Assembly: GCA_027488905.1 (NCBI GenBank)
Contig: JAIYAT010000010.1
Coordinates: 213,061-277,060, forward strand
Length of the DNA stretch: 64,000 nucleotides
Source of the DNA: Bacteroidota bacterium
Lineage (GTDB): Bacteria; Bacteroidota; Bacteroidia; UKL13-3
Direction: 5' to 3'
Made by a program: the position numbers and the translations under genes
Shown here: positions 38,721 through 49,668 of the stretch, piece after piece
Layout: the number at the start of each line of letters is the position of its first letter
Position numbering within the stretch: position 1 is the first letter of the stretch
Notes under the pieces: generated by a model
Told to the model about the DNA's origin: nothing
Databases searched by the model: none
The model's input: only the letters and a program-made list of their open reading frames with translations

Positions 38721-41033
38721 ATGAATAAATTAGGTCTGTTTTTCTTTTTAACGCTCTACTATTTCCAAATCAATGCCCAAATAGCAAATGAAGCTTGGAG
38801 AGTGCATTTGCCTTATCAATCCAATAATGCAATAACTACTGTTGGATCAAAACTTTATGCTGGCTCGGCAAGCGGCTTGTTTGTTGCAGATATTTCAACA
38901 GGCGAAATAGAGCGACTTTCCAAAATTCAGGGATATTCAGATGTGGAGGTAAAATTTGTAAAGCACCAAGTTGATTTGGGTCAAACCTTAGTAATTTACC
39001 AAAATGCCAACATAGATATCATTGATCATAAATTAAATAGAATTGTAAATATTCCTGATATCTTGATGAAGCAAATCATTGGAGAGAAAACAATTAATGG
39101 ATTTTGCTTCTATGAAAGTCGCGTTTACCTAGCTTGTAGCTTTGGCATTGTAGTTATAGATTTAAACAAAAAGCAAATCATAGATTCATATCAAAATCTT
39201 GGAGCCGGCGGGAGTAATTTGGCATTTGATGCAGTGAGTATTTTTCAAGGTTCTATTTATGCATCTGCTGCAGATGGTATTTATAAAGCCTCGCTAACTG
39301 CAAGCAACCTGAGCGATTTTAATTTTTGGGTAAAGGAAATAAATTCAACAGGGAACAAATTTAGCCAAGTTTTCAAGGGTAATTTATTTGCTCAAGTAGA
39401 TTCTGTAATTAAAGTTTATGATGGTTTTACTTGGAATAATTACTTGCCTTCTCAAGGGTTATCAGTTAAGAATTTGCAACTAGCAATTTACACCAATAAC
39501 AATGCGCTACCCAATAAACTTTTGGTTATTTCCAATGAGAAAATATTGGTAGAAGATGGGGGTAATGCCACTTGGTTTGTAAATGAGGCCTTTAGAACAG
39601 ATGCCACACTCGACAACAAAGGCCGAATTGCTATGGTGGATGGAAGTTTTGGAATTACAATTCATAACAAAAATGATAATTCATTAGACTACTACACACC
39701 TAACGGGCCTAAATCTAAAACGTTTGCTAAAATGCTGTATGAATCTGGAAAACTCTGGGTTTGTGGTGGATCTGTAAATGATAGGTGGGATCCTTTGGTA
39801 TTTAATAATTCTAAGTTTTACCAATTTAAGCAAAATAATTGGTTAAATTATGAGGAAGAAAAACAGCCATTACTTAAAGACATTAAAGATATAATTGATG
39901 TAAAGAAAAGTCCAATCAATGGCGAATTATACTTTTCGAGTTTTGGCAATGGAATTCTAGAAGTTAAAAATGATGCGGTGGTAAACCATTGGAAGGAATC
40001 TAATTCTACGCTTCAACGTTTAGATGTGGGGATTCCAGGGTATAACCCATTGTTAACGGGCGGATTAGACTTTGATAACAATGGTAATTTATGGGTAAGT
40101 AACTATGGTGTAAATAAACCTTTGAGTGTTAAAACCCCTGCAGGAGATTGGTTTTCATTTAATATCGGAACATTGGTAGGAAATAATGAATTGGGATGGC
40201 TTACTTGCGATGACTTCAATAATAAATGGGTTACCACTTTGCGTGATAAAGGAATATTAGTCTACAATGACAATGGTACCCCAGCTAATGTCAATGATGA
40301 TAAGTTCAAAATTATAAATAAGGAAGTAGGGCAAGGTGCTTTACCAGGAAATTCGGTCCTTTGTATCAGCAAAGATCTTAATGGTGAGATGTGGATAGGA
40401 ACTACCCAAGGATTAGCAATAATTAGTAATCCTAATCAAATTTTTGGTTCAGACAAAGAAGATTTTGATGCTCGTCAAATCATCATCAAAGTTGGTAGTA
40501 ATTATGAGATTTTTCTTGGCAAAGAACAAATTAACTGCATTAAAGTAGACCCTGCCAACCGAAAATGGATTGGCACTCCCAATGGTGTTTGGTTGATTTC
40601 TGAAGATGGGTATACAGTTTTAAGGAATTTTACAACTGTCAATGCGCCATTATTATCAAACAACGTAATGGAAATTGGAATTGATGAAAGCACTGGAGAA
40701 GTATTTTTTGGAACAGAAAAAGGCATTATCTCTTATATGGGTGATGCCACAAATGGCGCTACAGAATTTGGTAAAGTAGAGATATTCCCAAATCCTGTTA
40801 AGCCAGATTATACAGGTAACGTTTCTATTCGCGGTTTAATTGATAATTGCATAGTTAAAATTACAGATATAGCTGGCAACTTGGTCTATGAAACCACTTC
40901 TAATGGAGGCTTTGCGATTTGGAATGGCAATAATTTCAATGGCAGGCGAGTAGCTACAGGTGTTTATATTATTTTTGCAGCTAGTAAGGATGGGTCAAAA
41001 ACCTATTCTGGAAAAATCTTGTTTATAAATTAA
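38721..41033 (+). CDS. porZ: T9SS surface component PorZ (beta-propellers plus CTD)
   Basis: W..HLPY, VDPANRKWIGT..GV, GEVFFGT.KG, CTD FPNPV.P.Y.G...VKITD..GNLV...GVY; start at ATG 38721. Confidence 0.85.
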   Translation: MNKLGLFFFLTLYYFQINAQIANEAWRVHLPYQSNNAITTVGSKLYAGSASGLFVADISTGEIERLSKIQGYSDVEVKFVKHQVDLGQTLVIYQNANIDIIDHKLNRIVNIPDILMKQIIGEKTINGFCFYESRVYLACSFGIVVIDLNKKQIIDSYQNLGAGGSNLAFDAVSIFQGSIYASAADGIYKASLTASNLSDFNFWVKEINSTGNKFSQVFKGNLFAQVDSVIKVYDGFTWNNYLPSQGLSVKNLQLAIYTNNNALPNKLLVISNEKILVEDGGNATWFVNEAFRTDATLDNKGRIAMVDGSFGITIHNKNDNSLDYYTPNGPKSKTFAKMLYESGKLWVCGGSVNDRWDPLVFNNSKFYQFKQNNWLNYEEEKQPLLKDIKDIIDVKKSPINGELYFSSFGNGILEVKNDAVVNHWKESNSTLQRLDVGIPGYNPLLTGGLDFDNNGNLWVSNYGVNKPLSVKTPAGDWFSFNIGTLVGNNELGWLTCDDFNNKWVTTLRDKGILVYNDNGTPANVNDDKFKIINKEVGQGALPGNSVLCISKDLNGEMWIGTTQGLAIISNPNQIFGSDKEDFDARQIIIKVGSNYEIFLGKEQINCIKVDPANRKWIGTPNGVWLISEDGYTVLRNFTTVNAPLLSNNVMEIGIDESTGEVFFGTEKGIISYMGDATNGATEFGKVEIFPNPVKPDYTGNVSIRGLIDNCIVKITDIAGNLVYETTSNGGFAIWNGNNFNGRRVATGVYIIFAASKDGSKTYSGKILFIN

Positions 41034-41034
41034 A

Positions 41035-42033
41035 ATGAAAGCAGCAGTTTTACATGGAATAAACCAACCCTTTGTTTTTCAAGACTTTGAAAATCCAATT
41101 GTAGGTGAGGATGAATATTTGGTTCAAATTAAACATGCGGCACTTAACCATAGAGATGTTTGGATTCAAAAGGGTCAATATGCAGGTTTATCCTTTCCTA
41201 TTGTATGCGGAAGCGATGGCTGTGGTATTGTTGTTTCGGGTGGTTCTGCCACAAATAGTAATTGGGTTAGTAAAGAGGTAATCATTAATCCTTCCTTAAA
41301 TTGGGGTGAAAACCCTCGTGTTCAAAACAAGGATTATGTAATTTTAGGCTTACCACATCATGGCACATTTGCAGAGTATGTTAAAATAAAGGCAGATTTA
41401 GTGTATGAGAAACCTGCTCATTTAAGTTCAGAATCTGCTGCTGCTTTGCCATTAGCAGGATTAACAGCTTGGAGAGCACTCATGGGAAGGGCTAAAGCCA
41501 AAAGTGGAGAAACAGTTTTAGTTACTGGAATAGGCGGTGGCGTAGCCTTGTTTGCCGCGCAATTTGCTATGGCAAACGGGTGCAAGGTTTTTGTAAGCAG
41601 CGGAAGCGATGAAAAATTAGCTACTGCGAAGCAATTGGGATTTGATGGGATTGCAAATTATAAAACCCAAGATTGGCATAAAGCTTTGGCAAAAGAAAGC
41701 GGTGGTTTTGATGTAATTGTTGATGGGGCTGGCGGTTCAGATTTTTCAAAACTTATAGACCTTGCCAAACCAGGTGGAAGAATTGCTGTATATGGTGCCA
41801 CTGCCGGAAATTTAAACATAGGAGTACCCGCAAAAATATTTTGGAAGCAACTGGATATTCTTGGTTCAACCATGGGAACAAATGAAGAGTTTTCAGATAT
41901 GTTGCAGTTTGTTTCACTCCATAAATTGGTGCCAAGCGTTTCTAAAGTTTTCGGTTTGAACCAATGCGAAGCGGCTGCAAGATTTATGGATGAGGGACAA
42001 CAATTTGGTAAGATTATTTTAGAGATAAACTAA
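41035..42033 (+). CDS. MDR-superfamily NAD(P)-dependent oxidoreductase (quinone reductase-like)
   Basis: ALNHRD, GSDGCG, VTGIGGGVA, GSTMG, QFGKI. Confidence 0.92.
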   Translation: MKAAVLHGINQPFVFQDFENPIVGEDEYLVQIKHAALNHRDVWIQKGQYAGLSFPIVCGSDGCGIVVSGGSATNSNWVSKEVIINPSLNWGENPRVQNKDYVILGLPHHGTFAEYVKIKADLVYEKPAHLSSESAAALPLAGLTAWRALMGRAKAKSGETVLVTGIGGGVALFAAQFAMANGCKVFVSSGSDEKLATAKQLGFDGIANYKTQDWHKALAKESGGFDVIVDGAGGSDFSKLIDLAKPGGRIAVYGATAGNLNIGVPAKIFWKQLDILGSTMGTNEEFSDMLQFVSLHKLVPSVSKVFGLNQCEAAARFMDEGQQFGKIILEIN

Positions 42034-42064
42034 ATATAAATAAAGGTGTTTATTTTGCATCACA

Positions 42065-43018
42065 ATGAAAGTAACAGAACGAATTAAAGCTTCAGACGAA
42101 ACGCTCTTCTCAATTGAGATTTTGCCACCCTTAAAGGGGAAAGACATTAACTTCATATACGCCGGTATAGATCCTTTGATGGAATTTAAACCAGCCTTTA
42201 TAGATGTTACCTACCACCGCGAAGAATTTGTTTTAAGAAAACGCAAAGATGGCGGGTTTGATAAAGTTTTTACAAGGAAACGACCAGGAACCGTTGCAAT
42301 TTGTGCGGCTCTCATGAACAAATACCACGTAGATACAGTTCCACATTTAATATGTGGCGGATTTAGCAAAGAGGAAACCGAGAATGCTTTAATTGATTTA
42401 CATTTCTTGGGAATTGATAATGTGTTGGTTCTTAGAGGTGATAATATTAAAAACGAATCCAATTTTGTGCCAGAGCCAGATGGAAATAAAACCTCTTTAG
42501 AATTGTTGAACCAGGTTGTTTCGATGAATCACGGAAAATTTCTAGATGAAGAAATTGAAAATGCAACGGCCTCAGACTTTTGCATTGGTGTTTCTGGTTA
42601 CCCAGAAAAGCATTTCGAAGCACCAAACATGCACAACGATTTGAAATGGCTAAAGCAAAAAGTTGATGCAGGGGCGGATTATATAGTTACACAAATGTTT
42701 TTTGACAACACAAAGTATTTTGCCTTTGTGGAGTCTTGCAAAAAAGCAGGTATAACCATTCCTATCATTCCAGGTCTCAAGCCGCTTACCTCAAAGAAGC
42801 AGTTGACAATACTGCCAAAAGTGTTTCATATTGATATGCCTCAAGAATTGGTAGAAGCAGTTGAAGCCTGCAAAGATGACAAAGCTGTTAAGCAGGTTGG
42901 AATTGAATGGGCTATTGAACAAAGTAAAATTTTAAAAGCAGCTAAGGTGCCCGTTTTGCATTATTATACAATGGGTGTTGGAGAGGTAACAAGGCAAATC
43001 GCATCAAAAGTTTTCTAA
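42065..43018 (+). CDS. metF: Methylenetetrahydrofolate reductase
   Basis: S.E.LPP, PHLICGG, LRGD, GYPEKH, KVDAGA..IVTQMFFD, LH.YTM. Confidence 0.96.
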   Translation: MKVTERIKASDETLFSIEILPPLKGKDINFIYAGIDPLMEFKPAFIDVTYHREEFVLRKRKDGGFDKVFTRKRPGTVAICAALMNKYHVDTVPHLICGGFSKEETENALIDLHFLGIDNVLVLRGDNIKNESNFVPEPDGNKTSLELLNQVVSMNHGKFLDEEIENATASDFCIGVSGYPEKHFEAPNMHNDLKWLKQKVDAGADYIVTQMFFDNTKYFAFVESCKKAGITIPIIPGLKPLTSKKQLTILPKVFHIDMPQELVEAVEACKDDKAVKQVGIEWAIEQSKILKAAKVPVLHYYTMGVGEVTRQIASKVF

Positions 43019-43761
43019 TGAGTGAAATGGAAATTCCAGTTGAACCTTGGATGGGCCGAACAGAACTCCTCTTAGGAAATGAAAGGCTCAAGAAATTAGT
43101 AAATTCAAATGTTTTGGTGGTAGGTTTAGGTGGAGTAGGTGGAATTGCTGCAGAAATGATAGCGAGGAGTGGGGTTGGAAAAATGACCATAGTAGATGCA
43201 GATACGGTTGATCCAACCAATCGCAATCGCCAGATACCAGCATTAAAAAGTACTGAAGGGCTTGTAAAAGCAGAAGTGTTGGCAGATAGATTATTAGATA
43301 TCAATCCCAATTTGCAGCTTAAAGTAATCCCTGCTTATTTTAGAGACCAACTTACAATGGATGTTTTGGATAGCGATAAGTATGATTACGCGTTAGATTG
43401 TATAGATACTTTGTCACCCAAAGTTTATTATATTAAAGCTTGTATTGAAAGGGGAATTCCGATTGTAAGCAGCATGGGTGCAGGCTCTAAGGTAGACCCA
43501 ACGCAAGTTAGAGTTGCAGATATTTCAGAAACATATAATTGTCATTTGGCTAGATACACCAGAAAATATTTGCACAGACTTGGAGTTTATAACGGGGTAA
43601 AAGCCGTATTTTCACCAGAGCAAAGAATGGCCTTTTCAGGAGTTATGTTGATGCAAGCCAATAATAAGAAATCAGCGGTAGGTACCATTAGCTATATGCC
43701 AACAGTATTTGGTTGTACAGTGGCTTCGGTTGCAATTAGGGATTTATACAATAGAAAATAA
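43018..43761 (+). CDS. tcdA: tRNA threonylcarbamoyladenosine dehydratase (ThiF family)
   Basis: GLGGVG, D.D.V..TN.NRQ, SSMGAG.K.DP, GTISYMP. Confidence 0.88.
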   Translation: MSEMEIPVEPWMGRTELLLGNERLKKLVNSNVLVVGLGGVGGIAAEMIARSGVGKMTIVDADTVDPTNRNRQIPALKSTEGLVKAEVLADRLLDINPNLQLKVIPAYFRDQLTMDVLDSDKYDYALDCIDTLSPKVYYIKACIERGIPIVSSMGAGSKVDPTQVRVADISETYNCHLARYTRKYLHRLGVYNGVKAVFSPEQRMAFSGVMLMQANNKKSAVGTISYMPTVFGCTVASVAIRDLYNRK

Positions 43762-44955
43762 TTAAGCTTCCTTACCAAGCTTTTTACTTTTTCTTTGGAA
43801 AAAGAACAATAAGTTTAATAGGATTCTTAGCAGTTGAAAACTAAAGAAGTTTCTCATTCTAATGATTCGCGAATCTTTATCACTATAAGCCTTTACTTCA
43901 ATTTTATTACTTAGTGGTAAAGTATAGGATAACAGCTCAGATTTACATTGAGAAGCAACCAATTCGTTTCTTATTTCTACATTACATTCAATGCTTCCAA
44001 AATCGCTTAAATGATTGAGGTTGTATGAGCCAATGCACATCCAATTGTCATCTGCAAAGGCAAGTTTTGCATGCAGCACGCTTTCTTTATATTCATAGAT
44101 GGTTACACCAGCTTTTAGCAGATCATTATAAAAAAACTCACTTGCGTATTTAACAAGTTGAACATCGGATTGTCCACCAAGTATTAAATTGACGCTAACC
44201 TTTCTATTTGCTGCTTTCTTTAATAATCTGAGTAAAGCATTTGAGGGAACAAAGTAGCTGTTAATAATCCATAACTCTTTTTTGCAGAACCTTGTTTGTG
44301 CTTTATACTGCTTGCTAATGCCAAATTTACCTTTCAACCAGTTATTTTCTAATACACGTATATGGTTTTGTTCTTGGTTTGAACCAAGCTCCGAAGGTAT
44401 AAGTGATTTGATTGGTTCAAACCGAACCCTTTTAAACCTATTACCAGTTTTTTGACAAATTCTATGGAGGTCTTTTGTTATCTCTCCAGAAAGTTTGATG
44501 GCAAAATCGAGCCAGGGTTTATTCCCTTCATAACCGCTATAATGATTAGCAATGTTTATTCCACCAATTAATGCAATATTTCTATCAAAAACCATGATTT
44601 TATGGTGAAGGCGCATGCCCAAAGGTTGTTTGCTCCATAATTTAAAAGGAGAATAAAACGCTATGCGTAAATTTGGATGGAGCTGATTTTGAGTTAAAGA
44701 TAAAAAATTAGAACTGCCATAAGCATCAAGGTGTAAACTTACTAAAACGCCTCTCTTAGCAGCATCTTCCAAGGCTTCCCAAATTTTTTTTCCTGTTGTA
44801 TCCCATTCAAAAATGTAGACTTGAAATTGGATTTCGGATTTAGAGTTATGAATACAATCAAGCAGTTCTTCAAAGAAATGAGCACCACTTTGAAGAAATT
44901 TTGTTTGGTTGAAACTCCTCCAAGGGTAGATTCCAATTTTGAACCGCCAATTCAC
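43762..44955 (-). CDS. Phospholipase D-family cardiolipin synthase (ClsB-like)
   Basis: Two HKD motifs: HHKIMVFD...GGIN and HAKLAFAD...GSYN. Confidence 0.88.
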   Translation of the reverse strand: MNWRFKIGIYPWRSFNQTKFLQSGAHFFEELLDCIHNSKSEIQFQVYIFEWDTTGKKIWEALEDAAKRGVLVSLHLDAYGSSNFLSLTQNQLHPNLRIAFYSPFKLWSKQPLGMRLHHKIMVFDRNIALIGGINIANHYSGYEGNKPWLDFAIKLSGEITKDLHRICQKTGNRFKRVRFEPIKSLIPSELGSNQEQNHIRVLENNWLKGKFGISKQYKAQTRFCKKELWIINSYFVPSNALLRLLKKAANRKVSVNLILGGQSDVQLVKYASEFFYNDLLKAGVTIYEYKESVLHAKLAFADDNWMCIGSYNLNHLSDFGSIECNVEIRNELVASQCKSELLSYTLPLSNKIEVKAYSDKDSRIIRMRNFFSFQLLRILLNLLFFFQRKSKKLGKEA

Positions 44956-44957
44956 AT

Positions 44958-46358
44958 TTAGATTGATATTGATTTAGTGATGTTTTTCCCTTTTTTAAGG
45001 TTTTTTAATGTTACACAAACGGTGGTGCCTTTGCCAATATTAGATTCAATTTCAACTTCACCTTGATGCATTTCAACTGTTTTCTTTACTAGAGAAAGGC
45101 CAATTCCATAGCCATGTACATTTCTAGTTTCGTTTGAACGGAAAAAGGGTTCAAAAATGTGCGGTAAATCTGTTTTTGAAATACCTGGCCCATTATCTGA
45201 AATGATTATTTTTATTTGCTCTTCTTCAAATACTAAATCTACCCAGCATGATTTATCCTCCGCAAATTTACAGGCATTTTCTGCTAGGTTAATAAATACT
45301 GATTTTAACAAAGAGAAGTCGCCTTTAATTTTAATTTGTTCTTCATTATCAGGGAACTCTTTAAGATTTAATTTAATTTTATATTGAGGTTTTCGCTTTT
45401 TAATTTCTTCCTTTGTCTCAAGAAAAACTTCAATTACGGAAATTTCTTTGAAAGTTACATTTGGAAAGTTAGCATTTGCCTTGGCCAATTCATTTAATCC
45501 ATTAATTAGTTCTATTTGATTTTCAATGTCTTCAAGAAGGGAATTAAAAGTATTTTCATATTCATCAATTGTTCTCTTTTTTAACAAGGTAACTTCAATT
45601 TGGCCTTTCATAGAGGTTAGCGGAGTTCTAAACTCATGAGATGCATTTGCTACAAACATCTTTTGAAGAAAAAAGGAACGTTCGATTCTCTCAAGCATTT
45701 TGTTAAAGTTGATAGCTAATAAAGCAATTTCGTCTTTACCGTTGCCTTCATGTACTCGTTTATGAAGATTAGTTTCGTTTATTTTATCTACTTGATTAAT
45801 TACAGCTTTGATAGGGCTTAATGCATTTTTCGAAAAAATCCAACCTGTAATTGCTGCTAAAATAATACCAGCAAAATTTAAAATTACTAACAGGGATTGT
45901 AGGAAGGAAAGTTTTTGTTTTCCAGCTTTATCAACAGCACTGTTTACAATATAATAGTTTTTTCCATCTATATTAGATAAGAAGGCCACATATTCAACAT
46001 CCTTGTCATTTATACTAATTTCTTTTTTAACTTGCAGCAAGTTGTTTAACAAATTTAGTTCAACATCATTTGGATTGTGAGAACTGAAAATAATATTTTT
46101 TATTGAATCAGCTATGATTAAACGTTCATTTGGAAATCTTGTTAATTGTTCCTGATAAATAATTTTTAAAACATCAGAAGTTACAAAATTCTTTTCTAAA
46201 TAACTTTTAGCGACTTTTTCTGCAACCCCTTGAATTCTATCTGTAAAAGCGTTTTTTCTGAAAATTTCTGAAAATTCATAAGTGAAAATTGAAAATACCA
46301 ATAAGATTGCTGCAACAATTCCCGTAAATTTTAGAGTTAGTGAGGTTTTTATATTCAT
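44958..46358 (-). CDS. HAMP-domain sensor histidine kinase
   Basis: Two TM segments, ASHEFRTPL H-box, NL.ENACK, DNGPGI, G.GIGL. Confidence 0.96.
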   Translation of the reverse strand: MNIKTSLTLKFTGIVAAILLVFSIFTYEFSEIFRKNAFTDRIQGVAEKVAKSYLEKNFVTSDVLKIIYQEQLTRFPNERLIIADSIKNIIFSSHNPNDVELNLLNNLLQVKKEISINDKDVEYVAFLSNIDGKNYYIVNSAVDKAGKQKLSFLQSLLVILNFAGIILAAITGWIFSKNALSPIKAVINQVDKINETNLHKRVHEGNGKDEIALLAINFNKMLERIERSFFLQKMFVANASHEFRTPLTSMKGQIEVTLLKKRTIDEYENTFNSLLEDIENQIELINGLNELAKANANFPNVTFKEISVIEVFLETKEEIKKRKPQYKIKLNLKEFPDNEEQIKIKGDFSLLKSVFINLAENACKFAEDKSCWVDLVFEEEQIKIIISDNGPGISKTDLPHIFEPFFRSNETRNVHGYGIGLSLVKKTVEMHQGEVEIESNIGKGTTVCVTLKNLKKGKNITKSISI

Positions 46359-46369
46359 TTACATGCATT

Positions 46370-47044
46370 TTAGCTTTTAATTATATACCCCATGCCCACC
46401 ATAGTATGAATAATTTTTACCTCATAGTCTTTATCAATTTTCTTTCTCAAAAAATTAATGTAAACATCAATAACGTTTGTTGTAGTATCAAAATTTGTTG
46501 ACCATACATTTTCTAATATCTCATTTCTTGATATAACCCTGTTTTTATTTCGAATTAGATATTCTAACAACGAATATTCCTTTGCAGTTAAATCTATAGT
46601 TTTACCTCCTCTTCTTGCAACTTTTCTATTTAAGTCTAATTCTAAATCAAATAACTTTAAAGTATCATTGGCTTGAAAGTTTTCTACGTTTCTTTTCAAC
46701 AGCGCCCTTATACGAGCTAATAGTTCTTTGAAGTCGAATGGCTTCACTAAATAGTCATCTGCACCTGCCTCTAAGCCCTCTACCTTTTCATCCACTGTGC
46801 TTAAGGCCGTTAGTATCAATATTGGTGATTTTACCTCTGCATTTCTTAGTTCCCTTGCAACCTCAATTCCATTTTTATAAGGAATCATAATGTCCAAAAT
46901 AATTACATCATAAGAATTTTCAATTCCAAATTTAATTCCTAATAATCCGTCTGAAGCAATGGTTACTTCAAATTGGTGTTCTTCTAAACCTTGTTTTAAA
47001 AATGAGGCAACCTTAGGTTCATCCTCTATTACTAGAATCTTCAT
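46370..47044 (-). CDS. OmpR-family response regulator
   Basis: IEDE, LDIMIP, GADDYLVKPF, winged helix NVIDVYINFLRKK. Confidence 0.97.
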   Translation of the reverse strand: MKILVIEDEPKVASFLKQGLEEHQFEVTIASDGLLGIKFGIENSYDVIILDIMIPYKNGIEVARELRNAEVKSPILILTALSTVDEKVEGLEAGADDYLVKPFDFKELLARIRALLKRNVENFQANDTLKLFDLELDLNRKVARRGGKTIDLTAKEYSLLEYLIRNKNRVISRNEILENVWSTNFDTTTNVIDVYINFLRKKIDKDYEVKIIHTMVGMGYIIKS

Positions 47045-47116
47045 TCGTTAAAATTTTGGCTAAAATACATTCCAATTTTAACAATCGCATTAAACCGACA
47101 TTAACGTTTAAAAATA

Positions 47117-47458
47117 TTACCCACCAGCTTTTTTAGCCTTGTAATTTTCTTTGATTAACCAATTTAGAATTTTGTCTCGGCAATCTCCTTGAATAAGAAT
47201 CTCGCCATCCTTAGCCGTTCCGCCTGTTCCACATAGTTTCTTTAAGTTTTTGCTTAGTTCTTCTAAATCACCAGGCGTTCCAATAAAGCCAGTTAATCTG
47301 CTAACCATTTTCCCGCCACCTTTTCTATCAAGGTAGATTTTTAACTGCTGCTGTTGCGGTGGCAAGGTATCCAATTCGTTTCCAGGTTCGAACGAATAGG
47401 AAAAATTTTCGTCTGTGGAATACACCACGCCATCTTTCTTTTTGTTCTTGTTACTCAT
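47117..47458 (-). CDS. SUI1/YciH translation initiation factor homolog
   Basis: [27 protein letters not shown]. Confidence 0.93.
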   Translation of the reverse strand: MSNKNKKKDGVVYSTDENFSYSFEPGNELDTLPPQQQQLKIYLDRKGGGKMVSRLTGFIGTPGDLEELSKNLKKLCGTGGTAKDGEILIQGDCRDKILNWLIKENYKAKKAGG

Positions 47459-47518
47459 ACCGCAAGCAATTTAGTAATTATTACAAATACCCTCGCTGCT
47501 TTTATTATCTTCGAACCA

Positions 47519-48853
47519 ATGAATTGGAAAACATTGCTGCAACCCTTGCGAGAGGGTGATTTGGAGCCACGTAAACATGATCCTAAAAGTGAACGTTCTA
47601 TTTTTGAACAAGATTATGATAGAATTATTTTTTCAACACCTTTTAGGAGACTTCAAGATAAAACACAAGTTATTCCGTTGCCTGAACACGACTTTGTTCA
47701 CAACCGATTGACGCATAGCATCGAAGTAAGTAGTGTTGGCAGGACATTAGGGAAAATTGCTGGGAAGCAATTGCTTGAAGCCTATCCAGAAATTGAAAGT
47801 AATTTAAGTGTGCACGACCTTGGCGCTATTGTAGCTGCCGCCTCCCTTTCTCATGATATTGGAAATCCCCCCTTTGGTCACAGTGGAGAAGCTGCCATAG
47901 GCGAGTTCTTTTCTACTGGTAGAGGAAGAACCTATAAAAAGTATTTGTCTGAAAAAGAATGGGAAGACTTGATTTCTTTTGAAGGTAATGCAAATGGCTT
48001 TCGTATTTTAACAAATCCATATGCCAGTGGAAATGGAGGATTACGTCTTACTTACCCAACTTTAGCAGCATTTACAAAATATCCTAAATGCTCCTTGCCA
48101 AAAATTATTTCACCTAAGGCCAGTCAAAAAAAGTTTGGTTTTTTTCAATCTGAAGCTCCTATTTACGCTGGAGTTGCTCAAAAGTTAGGCATAGAAGCTG
48201 TTGAGTTAGGTTCAAACCAAGAATACCTTAGACATCCATTTGCATATTTAGTAGAAGCGGCTGATGATATTTGCTATCAAATTATAGATTTTGAAGACGG
48301 ACTTAGATTAGGTTGGGTTGATTTTACTTATGCAGAAAGCCTATTGATTAAAATCGCAGGAGAAAGCTTCTATGATAAAAATTATAATCAGCTCAATTCA
48401 AAGGAAGAAAAAGCTGGCTATTTAAGAGCGGTTGCCATTAATAACTTAGTCAAGGAAATGGCCGCTTTATTTATTAAACATGAAAAGCAGATGTTAGATG
48501 GCAGTTTTAATCAATCTTTGATGAGCTTAAGCCTTTTTGCTGACCCTTTGGCCGAAGTGAAAAAAATATCACTTGAGAAAATTTATAAAGCAAGACAAGT
48601 TCTAGAGATTGAAGCTGCCGGGTTTGAGGTCATTGGAGGATTGCTTGGCTTTTTTGTTGATGCTGTTTTAAATGAAAGACCGAGTCAACAAGAAAGAAAA
48701 ATGCTAGAATTAATCCCAACAGAAGTTAAAAATAAAGAAATGTCTGATTATTGTAAGTTACTTAACGTATGCAGTTACGTTGCTGGTTTAACTGATAAGC
48801 ATGCTATTAATTTGTATAGAAAATTAAAAGGTATTGAACTACCAAAGTGGTGA
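47519..48853 (+). CDS. dgt: dGTP triphosphohydrolase (HD family)
   Basis: FRRLQDKTQV, RLTHS.EV, HDIGNPPFGH.GE, FEGNA, EAADDICY; start reassigned to ATG 47519. Confidence 0.95.
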   Translation: MNWKTLLQPLREGDLEPRKHDPKSERSIFEQDYDRIIFSTPFRRLQDKTQVIPLPEHDFVHNRLTHSIEVSSVGRTLGKIAGKQLLEAYPEIESNLSVHDLGAIVAAASLSHDIGNPPFGHSGEAAIGEFFSTGRGRTYKKYLSEKEWEDLISFEGNANGFRILTNPYASGNGGLRLTYPTLAAFTKYPKCSLPKIISPKASQKKFGFFQSEAPIYAGVAQKLGIEAVELGSNQEYLRHPFAYLVEAADDICYQIIDFEDGLRLGWVDFTYAESLLIKIAGESFYDKNYNQLNSKEEKAGYLRAVAINNLVKEMAALFIKHEKQMLDGSFNQSLMSLSLFADPLAEVKKISLEKIYKARQVLEIEAAGFEVIGGLLGFFVDAVLNERPSQQERKMLELIPTEVKNKEMSDYCKLLNVCSYVAGLTDKHAINLYRKLKGIELPKW

Positions 48854-48945
48854 CAAACTTTCATAACTTTATGACGTTAATAATTTGGCATAGCTATTGA
48901 AACTCCCATTCAACTTAATATTTTTGAACCTAAACAAACACAAAC

Positions 48946-49635
48946 ATGAATTACGGAAAAGAATTTAGAAAGTATGCCATTAAACATGAAGGCATCAGTA
49001 GCATAAAAGTAGATGCCTACATTGAAAGCTCTATGGAAGGTATGACACGCACTGTTATTGAAGAACGCCCAATGAATTTTAGAGAGATTGATGTATTTTC
49101 GAGGTTGATGGCTGATAGAATCATTTTTCTTGGTATGCCAATCGACGATTATGTTGCTAATATTATTCAAGCACAACTTTTGTTCTTAGATTCAATGGAT
49201 GCTCGCAGAGACATTCAAATGTATATCAACTCTCCAGGTGGTTCTGTTTATGCGGGTTTAGGCATTTATGATACAATGCAATGGGTTAATCCAAGTGTGG
49301 CTACTATCTGCACTGGTTTAGCTGCATCCATGGGTGCCGTGCTATTATGCGCAGGAGCTGCAGGCAAAAGAAGTGCATTACCCCATGCGAGAGTAATGAT
49401 TCATCAACCACTTGGTGGAGCTCAAGGGCAAGCTTCAGATATTGAAATTACTGCTAGAGAAATTCAAAAGTTAAAAAAGGAATTATATGATATTATTTCA
49501 AACCATTCTGGTCAGCCATTTGATAAAGTTCAAGCAGATAGCGACCGTGATTATTGGATGATTGCGAGTGAAGCAAAAGAATATGGAATGATAGACGATG
49601 TTTTAACAAAACATAAGCCTGAAGAGAAGAAATAA
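48946..49635 (+). CDS. clpP: Clp protease proteolytic subunit
   Basis: YINSPGG, GLAASMG, MIHQP, DRD. Confidence 0.98.
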   Translation: MNYGKEFRKYAIKHEGISSIKVDAYIESSMEGMTRTVIEERPMNFREIDVFSRLMADRIIFLGMPIDDYVANIIQAQLLFLDSMDARRDIQMYINSPGGSVYAGLGIYDTMQWVNPSVATICTGLAASMGAVLLCAGAAGKRSALPHARVMIHQPLGGAQGQASDIEITAREIQKLKKELYDIISNHSGQPFDKVQADSDRDYWMIASEAKEYGMIDDVLTKHKPEEKK

Positions 49636-49651
49636 ATTTGCTTATTTGAGC

Positions 49652-49659
49652 TATCTTTG
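49652..49659 (+). promoter_or_regulatory. Putative internal -7 element upstream of clpX
   Basis: TATCTTTG, 9 nt before ATG 49669. Confidence 0.5.
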
Positions 49660-49668
49660 TAAACTATT

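Noticed and set aside
44958-47044. AT-rich two-component pair as a mobile island
   Set aside because: No mobility genes or boundary repeats; tightly packed with the cardiolipin synthase gene.
47354-47518. N-terminal extension of Dgt overlapping the SUI1 gene, and similar extensions for LspA, MMPL, PorZ and the serine hydrolase
   Set aside because: Artefacts of longest-ORF calling; downstream ATGs fit the family N-termini and promoter positions.
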